In this document: positions 1 through 10,474 of the stretch, piece by piece
Position numbering within the stretch: position 1 is the stretch's first letter
How the letters are laid out: the number at the start of each line of letters is the position of its first letter
Source of the DNA: a virus
IMG/VR virus record: IMGVR_UViG_3300025154_000052
Location: 73,578-137,577 of that record
Length of the DNA: 64,000 bases
Strand: one strand, 5' to 3'
Translations under genes and position numbers: made by a program
Notes under the pieces: generated by a model
What the model was told of the DNA's origin: nothing
Seen by the model: only the letters and a program-made list of their open reading frames with translations
Database searches by the model: none

Positions 1-104
1 AAGGCATGCGCCCATGAGTGCGACAGAACGCCAGCCATTCAGGAGATATAAGCCCAGTACCAGTCATAGCAGCGTCAGCGTCCACAATCCACCCAGCAAG
101 ATGG

Positions 105-350
105 TCAGTCGATACGCGCACCATCTTCAGAGGAGTCGGAATGAGACTCCTCTGATTGAATCCAAGTGTTGAGTTGATCGCGGAGCGCTTTGGCCGTCTC
201 GACGTCGAACGAACCGAGCAAAAAGAGGTCAGTGGTATGTTTGTGCGGCTTGATACACATCAGGGTAAGAAGTCCAGGGTACCAACGGCTTTCGCCGACG
301 GCATAGGTGTTCTTTTCGTTGCTATGGTCTCTGCAAATCTTGAATGGCAC
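105..350 (-). CDS. hypothetical protein
   Basis: 81-aa ORF, co-oriented with the neighbouring leftward genes. Confidence 0.5.
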   Translation of the reverse strand: MPFKICRDHSNEKNTYAVGESRWYPGLLTLMCIKPHKHTTDLFLLGSFDVETAKALRDQLNTWIQSEESHSDSSEDGARID

Positions 351-360
351 AACGCTCCTT

Positions 361-873
361 TCAGCCTATACGCTCGAAGTATTCGCCCTCGACGTATACG
401 GGCGAACAGATGAGGACGCCGTTGATGTCCTCGAAAAGTACATCCACGCCCTCAGATACGAATCGCCCGACGATGTAACTACCACCCACCGCTATGTGGT
501 ATATCCACCTTCCAGGATAAACCTTGTCGGGCCAGCAATGTAGCCGTGTCGGTTCCTCCCCGTGAACGCACTCCTCAAGGCTGGAGACGTCCAGTCCCCG
601 ATTCCGAAGAGCGTCAACTACAGCAGCCATCGGGATCGTACTCAGGAACCGCTCACACGCCCTGACCATGCTGTCGTGATGGCCGATCCACCCCTCGATG
701 TCGCAGAGGTCGGAGGGCGCATCTTCGCCGTCGCGCAGGAGTAGTGCCAGAGCCAGCATATCGGACTGGCCAGCCGACAACACGTACTCATCCGTGTCGC
801 AGTCGATGAGCACCTGGTCTTGCTCGGTAATGACGGTGAGCCGGTGCCCACGGGCGTCATTGATGGCTATCAT
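361..873 (-). CDS. hypothetical protein
   Basis: Likely start MIAINDARG at 873, overlapping the stop of 870..1664. Confidence 0.6.
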   Translation of the reverse strand: MIAINDARGHRLTVITEQDQVLIDCDTDEYVLSAGQSDMLALALLLRDGEDAPSDLCDIEGWIGHHDSMVRACERFLSTIPMAAVVDALRNRGLDVSSLEECVHGEEPTRLHCWPDKVYPGRWIYHIAVGGSYIVGRFVSEGVDVLFEDINGVLICSPVYVEGEYFERIG

Positions 874-1664
874 CGCTTCGCCCCTTTTGCCCGTCTGGCC
901 TCGAGCGACCGCACACCGGCATGACATCGTGCCCATTTGCCGTTGCACCGCTGGGACGCCGGCAATGTGGGATCACACTCACATGTGATCTGCCTGGCTT
1001 CGAGCTCGCCCACCCTGGCAGACAGCGCCGCATTCTCACGCCGGAGACGGGCGATCATGGCCTGACTGTCGTCATCCACCACCGGGAGGACAACCCGGGC
1101 CGGTGCCAACTCCGGCCACCCACGATTGATGATGTGACTAACGACGGTATGCCACCCGATGATCTCCACCACAGCGAGAAGACCGGGATCCCCGGGAGAG
1201 TCACCCTTCATCCATGTGGCCAGCGCCGCCTCGGGGTGTATGCCCCACGGCTCCTTCAGAGCGATGCTCCAGCCGTTGCTCCGAAGTCCACAGGTGTAGC
1301 CAGGCTCTACGTCAGAACTACCCATACGATGTTTGATTTCGTAGGACCTCGGGTGCTCGAGCGCTCTGAACTGGTCGTAACTCAAAGAAGCAGGGTAGAC
1401 CCGCCCCGCCGCCTTGACGATACGGGTGTTGTGCGAGATGAATTGGTCATCGAAGGTGACCCGCCACCCAGTCTTGACGTCGATATGCCGGGTGGCATAC
1501 TCCGATCGAAACACCGTCGCGCCCTCGTCCCGGTAGGGATTCCCCTGCTGGAGAGTGTCCCGCACCAGATACGGCCGATGATTCACGGTGTACACGAGCA
1601 CACCGTCTCCCAGATCCGACCAGTCGTCGTCAGTCTGGAAGATCTCTCCCAATGGACCACTCAC
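870..1664 (-). CDS. hypothetical protein
   Basis: 264 aa; GTGA-type overlap with the upstream gene; C-terminal Cys cluster. Confidence 0.7.
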   Translation of the reverse strand: MSGPLGEIFQTDDDWSDLGDGVLVYTVNHRPYLVRDTLQQGNPYRDEGATVFRSEYATRHIDVKTGWRVTFDDQFISHNTRIVKAAGRVYPASLSYDQFRALEHPRSYEIKHRMGSSDVEPGYTCGLRSNGWSIALKEPWGIHPEAALATWMKGDSPGDPGLLAVVEIIGWHTVVSHIINRGWPELAPARVVLPVVDDDSQAMIARLRRENAALSARVGELEARQITCECDPTLPASQRCNGKWARCHAGVRSLEARRAKGAKR

Positions 1665-1978
1665 AGTCGCTCCTTTCCGAATCTGAGCGTCAGCATCAGC
1701 CGCTCGCCCAATCCACCGTTCTCATCCGTAAACTGCTCACGAACGAACACCCGCCGTACATCGTTATCCAGCCGCAAAACCGCCGATCGAAGCGCCTGCT
1801 CTGTGACAGGAAGCGGATCAAGTACCACCACCCGAATCATTCCCCGCCCCTGAACACGCACCGCCGCCTCGAGCGCAGGGGGAATCATCACCTGAAACTC
1901 CCCCGTAAACCGCGCCACGTCAGACCATGTATCCCCGCCATCAGGAGACACCGATACCGTAGAGTCGAAGTCATGCAT
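1661..1978 (-). CDS. hypothetical protein
   Basis: 105 aa with GGAGG RBS; first gene of the leftward unit. Confidence 0.7.
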   Translation of the reverse strand: MHDFDSTVSVSPDGGDTWSDVARFTGEFQVMIPPALEAAVRVQGRGMIRVVVLDPLPVTEQALRSAVLRLDNDVRRVFVREQFTDENGGLGERLMLTLRFGKERL

Positions 1979-2116
1979 AGCTCAATCCTCCGAACATCTT
2001 TCGGGAAAATATGTACCACCATCACAACCCGATGGCGGCATCCACACAAGCACTCAAGTACATCGTCCAGAGTAATTCTATCACAGCTAACACAACTTTC
2101 AAATGTTATTTTACTG

Positions 2117-2159
2117 ATTCCAGTATTTTCTCACTACGATATACCGCAAATACTGGAAT
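2117..2159. repeat. 12-bp perfect inverted repeat
   Basis: ATTCCAGTATTT (2117-2128) / AAATACTGGAAT (2148-2159). Confidence 0.85.
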
Positions 2160-2667
2160 GAAAGTACATAAATGCTGTACTACCGGCAGTTTTACACTTA
2201 AGGATCTGGCTACTAGCAAAATGGCGCAAGTCCTCAATATATCACTTTATGCTATATGACAAAAGTGCTCACGATTTTGGAAAAGACAAGCATTCCAATA
2301 TGTTACAAGTTGGCGTTTATTCGACAGTTTCTGACACGGTGTCAGCGATTGACAGCGTGTCAGAAACTCATGGGCGGGGTAGCGGATTCAAGGACGGGAA
2401 GAGCAAGGTTGAGCCGTGTGGTAGAACGCGATAGAGAGACTGGTGTAACGGCGAGAGTGAAGGGGAGGAGAGTAGGGACAGTAATGTAAGGGATCGGGAG
2501 AGCGATAAGGGGACAGACGAGGGAAAAGGGCAGAGATCGCGGGAGAAGTGACCCACCCGCCGCCCTCACCGAGCCACCTCTGGCCCAAAATTCACCCCAT
2601 CCGCCACTCCACCATCTCAGCCATCCAATTATACTTGACTGTTCACCCTGTTGATTCCGTAAAGTAC

Positions 2668-2972
2668 CGTTTAAAGGAATGACGTAAAAAGCCGGGAAAA
2701 CACCACTCTTCGCAAAAACACGAACAGTCAACGCTATCTTGACGTACTGAAAAACACTGAAACCATCAATCCTGGCGTGATAATCTGGCATCTCACCCGG
2801 TGATATGGCCCCTGTTCTCCCTCTCCAGGAGGTCTCACCGTACCTGTCCATGCCCAGAATCAGCCTTAATTCGACTCTCCAGATAACTACTGACTAGTCG
2901 TATTGTTGAAATAGACAAACAACGCTTTAAGGAATGACGCTTAAACCCGGGAAAATACAGCACTTTGCAAAA
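2668..2972 (+). repeat. two imperfect ~50-bp direct repeats
   Basis: 2668-2717 and 2923-2972 share AAGGAATGACG, CCGGGAAAA and GCAAAA blocks. Confidence 0.75.
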
Positions 2973-4134
2973 GGGCGAGATTCAGTAGCCTACTGGATGA
3001 GTGGATATTGCTGAGACATAGGCTGGTGCTCACCCCAGAACACGGCTCTGGAGCGTTGACAGCGGCGCTGGCTGCGTGATAATAGGAGTGTCCGGAGCTG
3101 ATAAAACTGAGACACTAGCCTGGCTGCGATGTCTCCATCAAGGCCCAGTGTAGGGCGAGATACCCAGTGAGTTGAGGTTCCGATCGTTCATGGATTGTGA
3201 ATCACCAGCTATTCAAAGGGAGTCTACAAGGACGTGTAAAACCGTACCACTCCGTAAGCCTCTGTACTTCAATGGCATTATTGCCAGGTGCCTACTCGCT
3301 GCAAAGGGTCATAAGTTGTCATAATGTATGTTATCAGACGTAGGTTTGAGCCGTGTTTTCCCGATTATCGACGTAACTACTTGACAACACACATGTATCA
3401 TAATGGTCAAGTGAAGCTTGATATCCATGCGTAATCAAGAGTGAACATGCAACCCGCACCTGGAATTATCATGCCCAGGTTGTACCAGGAAGGGACGTCC
3501 ATCAAGCGCTCGCCGTCTCCCCCTACCTGATGATGATGTGGTTTGCTCGGCCATAGAGGCTGCCCAGTGTCCGAGTTGCGTTATCACCGGCCCGACGATC
3601 GCCACACAGCAGCGCTGCATACGAGTTCGTCATTCTCCGAGGGTGTCTCATTCTCTGGCCTGGCTCTCCTCCTTCGTCACGCGTACCACGCTACGAACCA
3701 ACCATCTCCTGGACGCCGGAGCAGTTCATACCTCACCCGGAAAGCGTAAGACAGACGTAAGTGCTCGCTATGATTAAAGATTGTACCATTTTGGGTAAGT
3801 GCCTGATTTTTCTACAGAAATTAGGATTTTCCACAGCGCCGGATGTTTACTCGACCCCTCTCGCAAATTTGTCCATTTTTCCTGGAAATCAGCCCACAGT
3901 CTAGTTACACCATACCGCCATAAGTTAACCATACCTCCCGTGTCCGAGATTCCCTCCCCTCGCGCATCCCCATTTCTTCAGAACCTGCCCCCGACTACTT
4001 GTACTTGTTCCTTGTATCATTGTCTCACCCGCATATACAAGCCGCTGCCCCTCACTCCACCCGATCACTGTTCCCCTGCCGAATCCTGATTCCGAATCGT
4101 CCAGAAAAATTTTCCCAGGTTCCGCTCAAAATCG

Positions 4135-4164
4135 TTGCAAACCATTAAAATAGTGTTGTATAAT
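4135..4164 (+). promoter_or_regulatory. sigma70-like promoter of the rightward arm
   Basis: TTGCAA-N18-TATAAT with CATTAAAATA inside the spacer. Confidence 0.65.
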
Positions 4165-4191
4165 AATCACACCACGACGGAGGTGCTTCAC

Positions 4192-4578
4192 ATGACGACT
4201 TATCGGCGCCTGGGTATCAACGACGACGTAGACTCCTGCGATTGCTGTGGGAAAACTGGCCTGAAGCGGGTGGTCTGGCTTGAGGACGAGCACGGGGCGG
4301 TAACCCATTTCGGTGTGAACTGTGCGGCTCGAGCCCTGGGGCTTTATGGAAGCTTCAAGACCAGTCAGGACCTGAAGGACGCGTTCGACCGTGCCCAGAC
4401 GGATCGTCAGGCGTATGAAGCAACTCGTACCCAGTGTACTGAGCAGACGGCCCGCACTGGTGAGGAGCATGTCATTCTGCGTAGCCGTAGCGGGCATGGG
4501 GTTCGCTACCTAGTCATCCGCGAGAAGGCGTTCAACGCCGCTCCTGAGCGGTACCGTAACTGTTCATTCATGAGGTGA
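4192..4578 (+). CDS. hypothetical protein with Cys cluster
   Basis: GGAGGT RBS; CDCC...C motif. Confidence 0.75.
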   Translation: MTTYRRLGINDDVDSCDCCGKTGLKRVVWLEDEHGAVTHFGVNCAARALGLYGSFKTSQDLKDAFDRAQTDRQAYEATRTQCTEQTARTGEEHVILRSRSGHGVRYLVIREKAFNAAPERYRNCSFMR

Positions 4579-5111
4579 GTATGAACTACATCAATCCCGA
4601 GAGTACAGAGATCGGAATGGGAGAGCGTGTTCTTTACCAGGCGCTCGAGCACAACACGCGCCATGGGTTTTCACTGGCGCTCACACAGACACTCGAAATG
4701 CTACTGGGCGCACTGTCTATATTGCGCGGCCAGACGCGGCGACAGTTGGCCGATGATCTCAGGCGAGCGGGAAGTCAACTCGCTGATGAACTCGAGCGCA
4801 TCGCCCGTTGCGGCCCGTGGATCGACGGGTACAGATGGCGGGCGGTTAAGGGCGCCGTCTATCGTGCCGACGTCGATCCCACGCCCGAAGAACGAAGCGA
4901 GTGGAACGTCGGGGCAGATGACGTGTTGCCTCTGCTTCGCATGGTTTACACCAGGCCGGTCATCCGGCGTATCCCTGCGGAAATTCAGGCTTACCTTGAG
5001 TCCGAGGGTCTGACTGCCAATCAGGCGACCGATGCGCCGTGGATTGGTTGGTTCAACTCTGCGGGTGAGATCGTGGCGGTGGTCGCGCCAATCGAGGAAG
5101 ATGGCGAGTAA
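4575..5111 (+). CDS. hypothetical protein
   Basis: 178 aa, coupled to the upstream gene. Confidence 0.7.
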   Translation: MSMNYINPESTEIGMGERVLYQALEHNTRHGFSLALTQTLEMLLGALSILRGQTRRQLADDLRRAGSQLADELERIARCGPWIDGYRWRAVKGAVYRADVDPTPEERSEWNVGADDVLPLLRMVYTRPVIRRIPAEIQAYLESEGLTANQATDAPWIGWFNSAGEIVAVVAPIEEDGE

Positions 5112-5191
5112 ACGGCGCAGTTAACCATTCATGAGGTAACAGAGACATCTGTACCGAGCGTGGGATTGACTGGAAGACGGCGATCGCGTAG

Positions 5192-5659
5192 TTGGAGGCT
5201 GTAGTGGGAACCAAGGCACACCTGTTTATCTTCCGTGGGCTTCCTGCGAGTGGGAAGAGTTCGATCTCTCAGTCCATGCTCGACGCGGGATTGCTGGATG
5301 TGGTCGTTACCCGGGATGACATCCGGCAGGAGATCAAGCCGGGTCGGAAGTTTGTTGATCGGGATCTGCAGTCCGATGCCGATCGTGAATTCGAGCGGAT
5401 CGTTCTTGAACGACGGAACACGCTGATTACGAGAGCGCTCTGCGCGGGCATGCGCGTAGCCTGTGCTGACACGAATCTCTCGGGGACTGCGTTGCGGGAG
5501 TTACATACTCTCGCCGGCAACAATTGTGCCGAGGTGACCATCATCACAGTGGACACTCCTCATTGTATCTGCATCGAGCGGGACAGTGCCCGGGTACGCC
5601 CTGTCGGCGCGAAGACAATCCAGCGGATGTCCCGCGATTGGCACTGGCAGCGTAGGTGA
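5192..5659 (+). CDS. AAA-family P-loop kinase (T4 Pnk kinase-domain-like)
   Basis: FRGLPASGKSS Walker A, TRDDIR, ADTNL, CIERDSAR motifs. Confidence 0.8.
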   Translation: MEAVVGTKAHLFIFRGLPASGKSSISQSMLDAGLLDVVVTRDDIRQEIKPGRKFVDRDLQSDADREFERIVLERRNTLITRALCAGMRVACADTNLSGTALRELHTLAGNNCAEVTIITVDTPHCICIERDSARVRPVGAKTIQRMSRDWHWQRR

Positions 5660-6117
5660 TCATGTCCCTGCTGGCTGACATCACCAGGATCATAGCGGTT
5701 CCGTGGTATTCGCCCGGCTTCCCGGAGGCGTGGCGCGAGTATGCCGACTCCGTGCAGCGGGCCAGGGCGTGTGATGTCTCCAACAGGGAGGTCCGCCAGT
5801 TGGTGGCGGTTTTTCTCAAGACGCCGACTGGATGCCGGGTCACGGAAGTGGTGCAGGACTGTGACGGGCTGGGGTTGTGTCTGAACTACTCGTGTCTGCT
5901 GGCCGATTGGCTGGTGGAGCGTGGCTACCCGGCGTTCGTTGAGTACATCGAGGTGCGACGACGGCCCCATTGGGTAGCGATATTGGGTGAAGTGCGGATC
6001 GATCTGACGATGCGTCAGTTTCGGCAGAATGCCGCATTCCCGTACTTCTCTCGGGTGGCTCGTTTTCAGAGTGCTGACATCACAGAATGCTTGAGCGGGC
6101 GTGTTACCGCATGCTGA
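5656..6117 (+). CDS. hypothetical protein, possible papain/transglutaminase fold
   Basis: GLCLNYSCLL...HWVAILGEVRIDLTMRQF (Cys-His-Asp). Confidence 0.55.
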   Translation: MIMSLLADITRIIAVPWYSPGFPEAWREYADSVQRARACDVSNREVRQLVAVFLKTPTGCRVTEVVQDCDGLGLCLNYSCLLADWLVERGYPAFVEYIEVRRRPHWVAILGEVRIDLTMRQFRQNAAFPYFSRVARFQSADITECLSGRVTAC

Positions 6118-6123
6118 CTTATC

Positions 6124-7539
6124 GTGGAGGCTGTTGTGAACGAGTTGATTCCCCGAACGACCGTGACCGAGATCTGCGCTCACCGTGGCGCTGCGATGTC
6201 CACCATGCGTGAAGCCGTGGCTGCTATGGTCCACGGTATTGAACTGGTTGAGAAGTCCGAATATCACGCTCAACATGCGTATGGAGCGGCGCACTTTACC
6301 CTTTCTGACCGGAGTGAGTTGACAGCATACAAGCGCCTATTCGAGGGGATCGACGCTGTTGCATCTCTCAAGGCGTATCGCCAACAGGTCGACGCCCGGG
6401 TGTGGATGAATCTCCTCGCACTGACCGGTATGGAGAGCATGATGGACCGGACGGCCAAGGATGAACTCTATAAGCAGCTCTGTGGCGACGTCCCCGAAGT
6501 CACCGAGGACACCGTCTGGTCGACGTTCGATTCTCTCGCGGGCCAGGCGAAACTCATCTTCCAGCGTGGCCTGGCTCGAGCCTTCATCGACCTTGACCGG
6601 CGATTCCGATCACACGACGGCTTCAAGATTGGGAGCCGGATCATTCTGACCCGCGTCTTTGATGACTGGGGCAGTTGGTCCCACTGGAACGGGACGCGAG
6701 ATACCATCTGCGACGTTGAGCGAGTGTTCGCGGTGCTGGACGGCAACAAGCCGAACCCGCGGGGACTGATTGCGGCCATTGATGACAGCAGGGGCGGCAG
6801 ATACGGGAAACGCCAGTCATACATGGAGAGCGAGTATTTCCGTATCCGCACGTTTCAGAACGGCAATGCTCACTTATGGTTCACCAGGGACGAACTCGTC
6901 GAGAAGGCCAACCTTCTCCTGGCCGAGTATTACGGCGAAGTGCTCCCGGACGGTGTCCCGGACGATGTCACCGCGAAGGACATCAAGCAGTGCACAGCGC
7001 TCTGCAAGGACCTGTCCTTCTACGCCACCCAGGAACCGGTCGTATCGACCATTCTTGACGGTGTCTACTTCCCAGACGGTGCCCATGTGCTCGAGCCATC
7101 TGCCGGGACGGGGAATATCGTCCGTGAACTGCTCCATCGGGGCATGCGGGTTGACGCTGTCGAGGTTGACCCTGGCCGCGTCCGGGTGCTTCAGGAGATG
7201 GAGCGGCAGATTCACGGGTTGACCGTCACACATGCCAACTTCCTGCAGATGGTTGCTCGGCCCATCTACACCCATGTCGTCATGAACCCGCCGTTCCACG
7301 GCACCCACTACATGCAGCATGTCATGCATGCATTCGACTTCCTGGCACCTGGCGGGGTGCTCGTCTCCATTCTCCCCGCAACAGTCGAGTTTGGGGAGAG
7401 CAAGAAACATGAGGCGTTCCGCAAGTGGGTGGAGCAGCACAAGGACAACTACTCCGCGTTCCGGGATCTGCCGATCGAGTCGTTCGCGAGTTCGGGAACG
7501 CGGATCAACACCGTGTACGTCGTGCTGCACAAGAGGTGA
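6124..7539 (+). CDS. DUF4942-domain SAM-dependent DNA methyltransferase
   Basis: VLEPSAGTG (motif I), VMNPPF (motif IV), FASSGTRINTV; N-terminal FKIGSRIIL...F.NGNAHLWF region. Confidence 0.85.
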   Translation: MEAVVNELIPRTTVTEICAHRGAAMSTMREAVAAMVHGIELVEKSEYHAQHAYGAAHFTLSDRSELTAYKRLFEGIDAVASLKAYRQQVDARVWMNLLALTGMESMMDRTAKDELYKQLCGDVPEVTEDTVWSTFDSLAGQAKLIFQRGLARAFIDLDRRFRSHDGFKIGSRIILTRVFDDWGSWSHWNGTRDTICDVERVFAVLDGNKPNPRGLIAAIDDSRGGRYGKRQSYMESEYFRIRTFQNGNAHLWFTRDELVEKANLLLAEYYGEVLPDGVPDDVTAKDIKQCTALCKDLSFYATQEPVVSTILDGVYFPDGAHVLEPSAGTGNIVRELLHRGMRVDAVEVDPGRVRVLQEMERQIHGLTVTHANFLQMVARPIYTHVVMNPPFHGTHYMQHVMHAFDFLAPGGVLVSILPATVEFGESKKHEAFRKWVEQHKDNYSAFRDLPIESFASSGTRINTVYVVLHKR

Positions 7540-7541
7540 CA

Positions 7542-7913
7542 ATGGAAGACAACGAACTCGAGAAAATCGGGCGGGCGTTGCCCCCTGGCTGGCTGCTACA
7601 GATTCATGTTGGCCATGATGTACTCGTCATGCTGCTCCCGCCCGGGAGCAAAAGGGACATGATTACGGGCTTCGAGGGAACGATCATCGAGCAACTTCAA
7701 GAGGCCGCCACAGAAGCGCACAAGATGCATCCCAATCCGTGGCCAATGGACTACGCGCATTGCGGCTCATGCCCTCACCAGTCTATCTATCGAGAGCATG
7801 AGAGCGGCACTTGCAAGTTGTTCGGTGAGAGTATCGACATCTTCCCGGTCACTGGCGGACGTGGCGCGATACGTAGCGCCCAGTGTATGAGACACCATGA
7901 AGATCCCTACTGA
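7542..7913 (+). CDS. hypothetical protein
   Basis: GAGGTG RBS, start MEDNELEK; Cys-rich C-terminus. Confidence 0.65.
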   Translation: MEDNELEKIGRALPPGWLLQIHVGHDVLVMLLPPGSKRDMITGFEGTIIEQLQEAATEAHKMHPNPWPMDYAHCGSCPHQSIYREHESGTCKLFGESIDIFPVTGGRGAIRSAQCMRHHEDPY

Positions 7914-8262
7914 CAACTTCGAACGCTTGGCTGATCGCCTCGAGCAGTGGGCGACTGAGTACGAAGCCCTTGCGGCGAAAGCGGACGCCGTGAAGGTTCA
8001 CCCTCACAGTGCTACTCGCTGGCGTGGTCGTGCACAAGGCTACCGGAGCGCTGCACAACTCATCCGGGACGAGATCCGGCGCGAGAACGAGCGGATTCTA
8101 TCCGCTGAATGCGGATGGTGTGGACAGACTGCCGAGATGGACGCTACTGGTCGAATCCTCTCTCACCCGTTTCCGCCTGACTCTGGCCTTGATGGTCCAT
8201 GCGACGGGGTGGGATTGACACTCGCTGAACAGTGGGAGCAGGCGACCTTTCGTGAGGAGTGA
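7897..8262 (+). CDS. hypothetical protein
   Basis: 121 aa; CGWC/CDG putative Zn ligands. Confidence 0.65.
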   Translation: MKIPTDNFERLADRLEQWATEYEALAAKADAVKVHPHSATRWRGRAQGYRSAAQLIRDEIRRENERILSAECGWCGQTAEMDATGRILSHPFPPDSGLDGPCDGVGLTLAEQWEQATFREE

Positions 8263-8265
8263 CAC

Positions 8266-8730
8266 ATGAACGAAGCACTTCAACGTGCCGGTTATCGCCC
8301 GATGCCAGAAGGCGAGGCACAAGAGGATGAGATCCTGAGTCCGTGGGAGGCGGAGGGCGGATTGTGGCAGTTTGTCTGTCCGCGCTATCAACTGCCTGAC
8401 ATTCTCTATCGTGGTGATTGGATCGAGTGGCGAGGTCATGGCGCGTGGTGTCGTCCTGTCAATGCCGTGACCGGCGACTACGATCCAGCAGGTTGGAATG
8501 AGCCGATCGTGCCGGCTGAACCGGGGTGGTGGCTCTGGGATGCCGACGACGGGCGGCGGATGATCTTCCGGATCGACATACCATCGATCGGACCACAAGC
8601 GCTCTTCGCTTGGGGTCCGGAACCAGTCGAGGACTACGACCTGGACCTGAGTGCCTACGTAGAACGGTTCTGCGTGATCAATGGCGGGCGATGGATCGGC
8701 CCCTGTCGCAAGCCAGGGTGTAAACCGTGA
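8266..8730 (+). CDS. hypothetical protein (Trp-rich)
   Basis: GAGGAG RBS, 154 aa. Confidence 0.7.
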   Translation: MNEALQRAGYRPMPEGEAQEDEILSPWEAEGGLWQFVCPRYQLPDILYRGDWIEWRGHGAWCRPVNAVTGDYDPAGWNEPIVPAEPGWWLWDADDGRRMIFRIDIPSIGPQALFAWGPEPVEDYDLDLSAYVERFCVINGGRWIGPCRKPGCKP

Positions 8731-9482
8731 TCCCTTTCTGGTGTACATCAGAAGATAGTGACCGGTGCGCCCGATGGCGACGTGTTGATGCCGAGATGAC
8801 TCGTGTACCCGCGCAACTCACCGGGCATGTACCCGGCACCGACGACAGAGACTCCGGTGCGACCGGTGCCCTATTGGCAGCAGATAGCTGCCCGAAAGCG
8901 GCGGAAGGGATGACGATGAGTACCAGGCTAACCAAAGATGCGTTTAAAGCATTGGTGGATCAGGATCTTCAGTGGCTCAAGTCCATGCCTTCTTCGCTGG
9001 AGCGTCAGCACATCCTGATGATACTGCTCGACGCCGTGGAACATTACTATCCGGATGCGCCCGACATCCGCCCGGCATCGGAGTTGACGCCCGAAAAACT
9101 GAAGGCGTGGCAGTGGTGGACCATCGTGGGTCAATTCGGTACGGATACCCGGAGTGACCTGTCCATCATCGACGACAGCGACCCGGATGGACCGGCGCTG
9201 CATGATGGCGGGTTCGAGCGGTGGTATCTGGACCGCGTCAGAGTGTATCCCTGTCATGATGGCAAGCCGTGGCGCCCGGCTTCGTGGCCCGAAGTCGATC
9301 AGGCGATACACGCAGCGGAAGCCTCGAAGCGCGAGGAGGATACTACCGGAGAGTGTCTTTCCTGCTCTGATGCGCGGGAGGAAGAGGTCTGCCCGAAGTC
9401 GAAGCGGGCATGTAAGCACCACTGCAATCATTCGTGGTCCCATGACGAGTGTTGCTGGTGTGGACAGACGTGGGACGAGTAA
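8727..9482 (+). CDS. hypothetical protein, Cys/His-rich C-terminus
   Basis: Start uncertain (could be ~8910); ends CPKSKRACKHHCNHSWSHDECCWC. Confidence 0.6.
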   Translation: MIPFWCTSEDSDRCARWRRVDAEMTRVPAQLTGHVPGTDDRDSGATGALLAADSCPKAAEGMTMSTRLTKDAFKALVDQDLQWLKSMPSSLERQHILMILLDAVEHYYPDAPDIRPASELTPEKLKAWQWWTIVGQFGTDTRSDLSIIDDSDPDGPALHDGGFERWYLDRVRVYPCHDGKPWRPASWPEVDQAIHAAEASKREEDTTGECLSCSDAREEEVCPKSKRACKHHCNHSWSHDECCWCGQTWDE

Positions 9483-9781
9483 TCGTGCAGTATCAAGATG
9501 CCGTCTCCCAGTGGCTCGAGGAAGTGCGGGCTGTTGGAGCTCACGGAACACGACTCATTGACTACCTGGTCTGGACGTATCCCGGCAACGGAGCAGCAAC
9601 GGACAGCGCTGACGGGCTACTCCGGGACCTTGTAGACATGGGCGCTGTAGTACCTGCCCGATGGAGTCCCACGACGTCACAGCGGGCGTTTATGGGCCTT
9701 GTTTATCCGGGTGGACTCCAGCAGGGTTTCGAAGCCGGTAAGCGTGCCTGCTGGTGGTATGAGGCTGTGAGTGAAGCGTAG
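9449..9781 (+). CDS. hypothetical protein
   Basis: In-operon ORF, start uncertain. Confidence 0.5.
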   Translation: MLLVWTDVGRVIVQYQDAVSQWLEEVRAVGAHGTRLIDYLVWTYPGNGAATDSADGLLRDLVDMGAVVPARWSPTTSQRAFMGLVYPGGLQQGFEAGKRACWWYEAVSEA

Positions 9782-9995
9782 ATCGAACTGTCTCATCGCT
9801 GTCCTGATTCTTCGACGACGGCTGAAATGTGGTCGTGTCAAGATGCGGTGGTGGCCACGTCGCCTATTACCTCACTTCTTTCTTGAACTCTCTGACGGCT
9901 GGTCCATCCATTACACCTGGCCGACAGAGAAGACTAAAAGTATCGGTTCGTGTTTGTGGTTTCGGGGCGAGTTTCGACTGGACAGATTCAGTTGA
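9771..9995 (+). CDS. hypothetical protein
   Basis: 74-aa in-operon ORF. Confidence 0.5.
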   Translation: MKRRSNCLIAVLILRRRLKCGRVKMRWWPRRLLPHFFLELSDGWSIHYTWPTEKTKSIGSCLWFRGEFRLDRFS

Positions 9996-10252
9996 ACGCA
10001 GGAGCAGTCATGAACTGGCTCGAGTACCTGAAGACGTGGTTCGTTCTCCCGGATGGGAGTAAGCGACGAGCCAGGTAGTCGGCGGTCCCTGGCTCGTGGT
10101 CCAGGTGGACGGCGGCGAGTGGCGGAATGTGGACTTCAAGTCGTCGCTAAAACTCAGGGCGACGATCTCAGCGTGCGATAACCTGGCGGAGATCGAGGCG
10201 TGGGTGGTCCATGGCTCGCAGTGGAGCCCGTTTGTGAAGGAGTGAGGAGATC

Positions 10253-10459
10253 ATGGGCGAAAAGAAACGTCGATTCAAACTGAGTGCCGAGTTGGTGGAC
10301 GGTGACCATTGGACGATCCTGGACCGTCCTGAAGATGTCCTGCAGATGGTGCAGGCATGGTGTGAGGAACGGCTCACGTACGGCGGAGCAGGCGAATCCT
10401 GCTCTATTGACGTAGTCGAGATGATTGACGAAGAGGTCGCGGCACTGCCGGAAATCTGA
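10253..10459 (+). CDS. hypothetical protein
   Basis: GAGGAG RBS, acidic 68 aa. Confidence 0.7.
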   Translation: MGEKKRRFKLSAELVDGDHWTILDRPEDVLQMVQAWCEERLTYGGAGESCSIDVVEMIDEEVAALPEI

Positions 10460-10474
10460 AGGGATGAGGGGATT

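Noticed and set aside
921-1853. 310-aa plus-strand ORF and many similar overlapping ORFs in the track
   Set aside because: Antisense shadows of better-supported coupled genes
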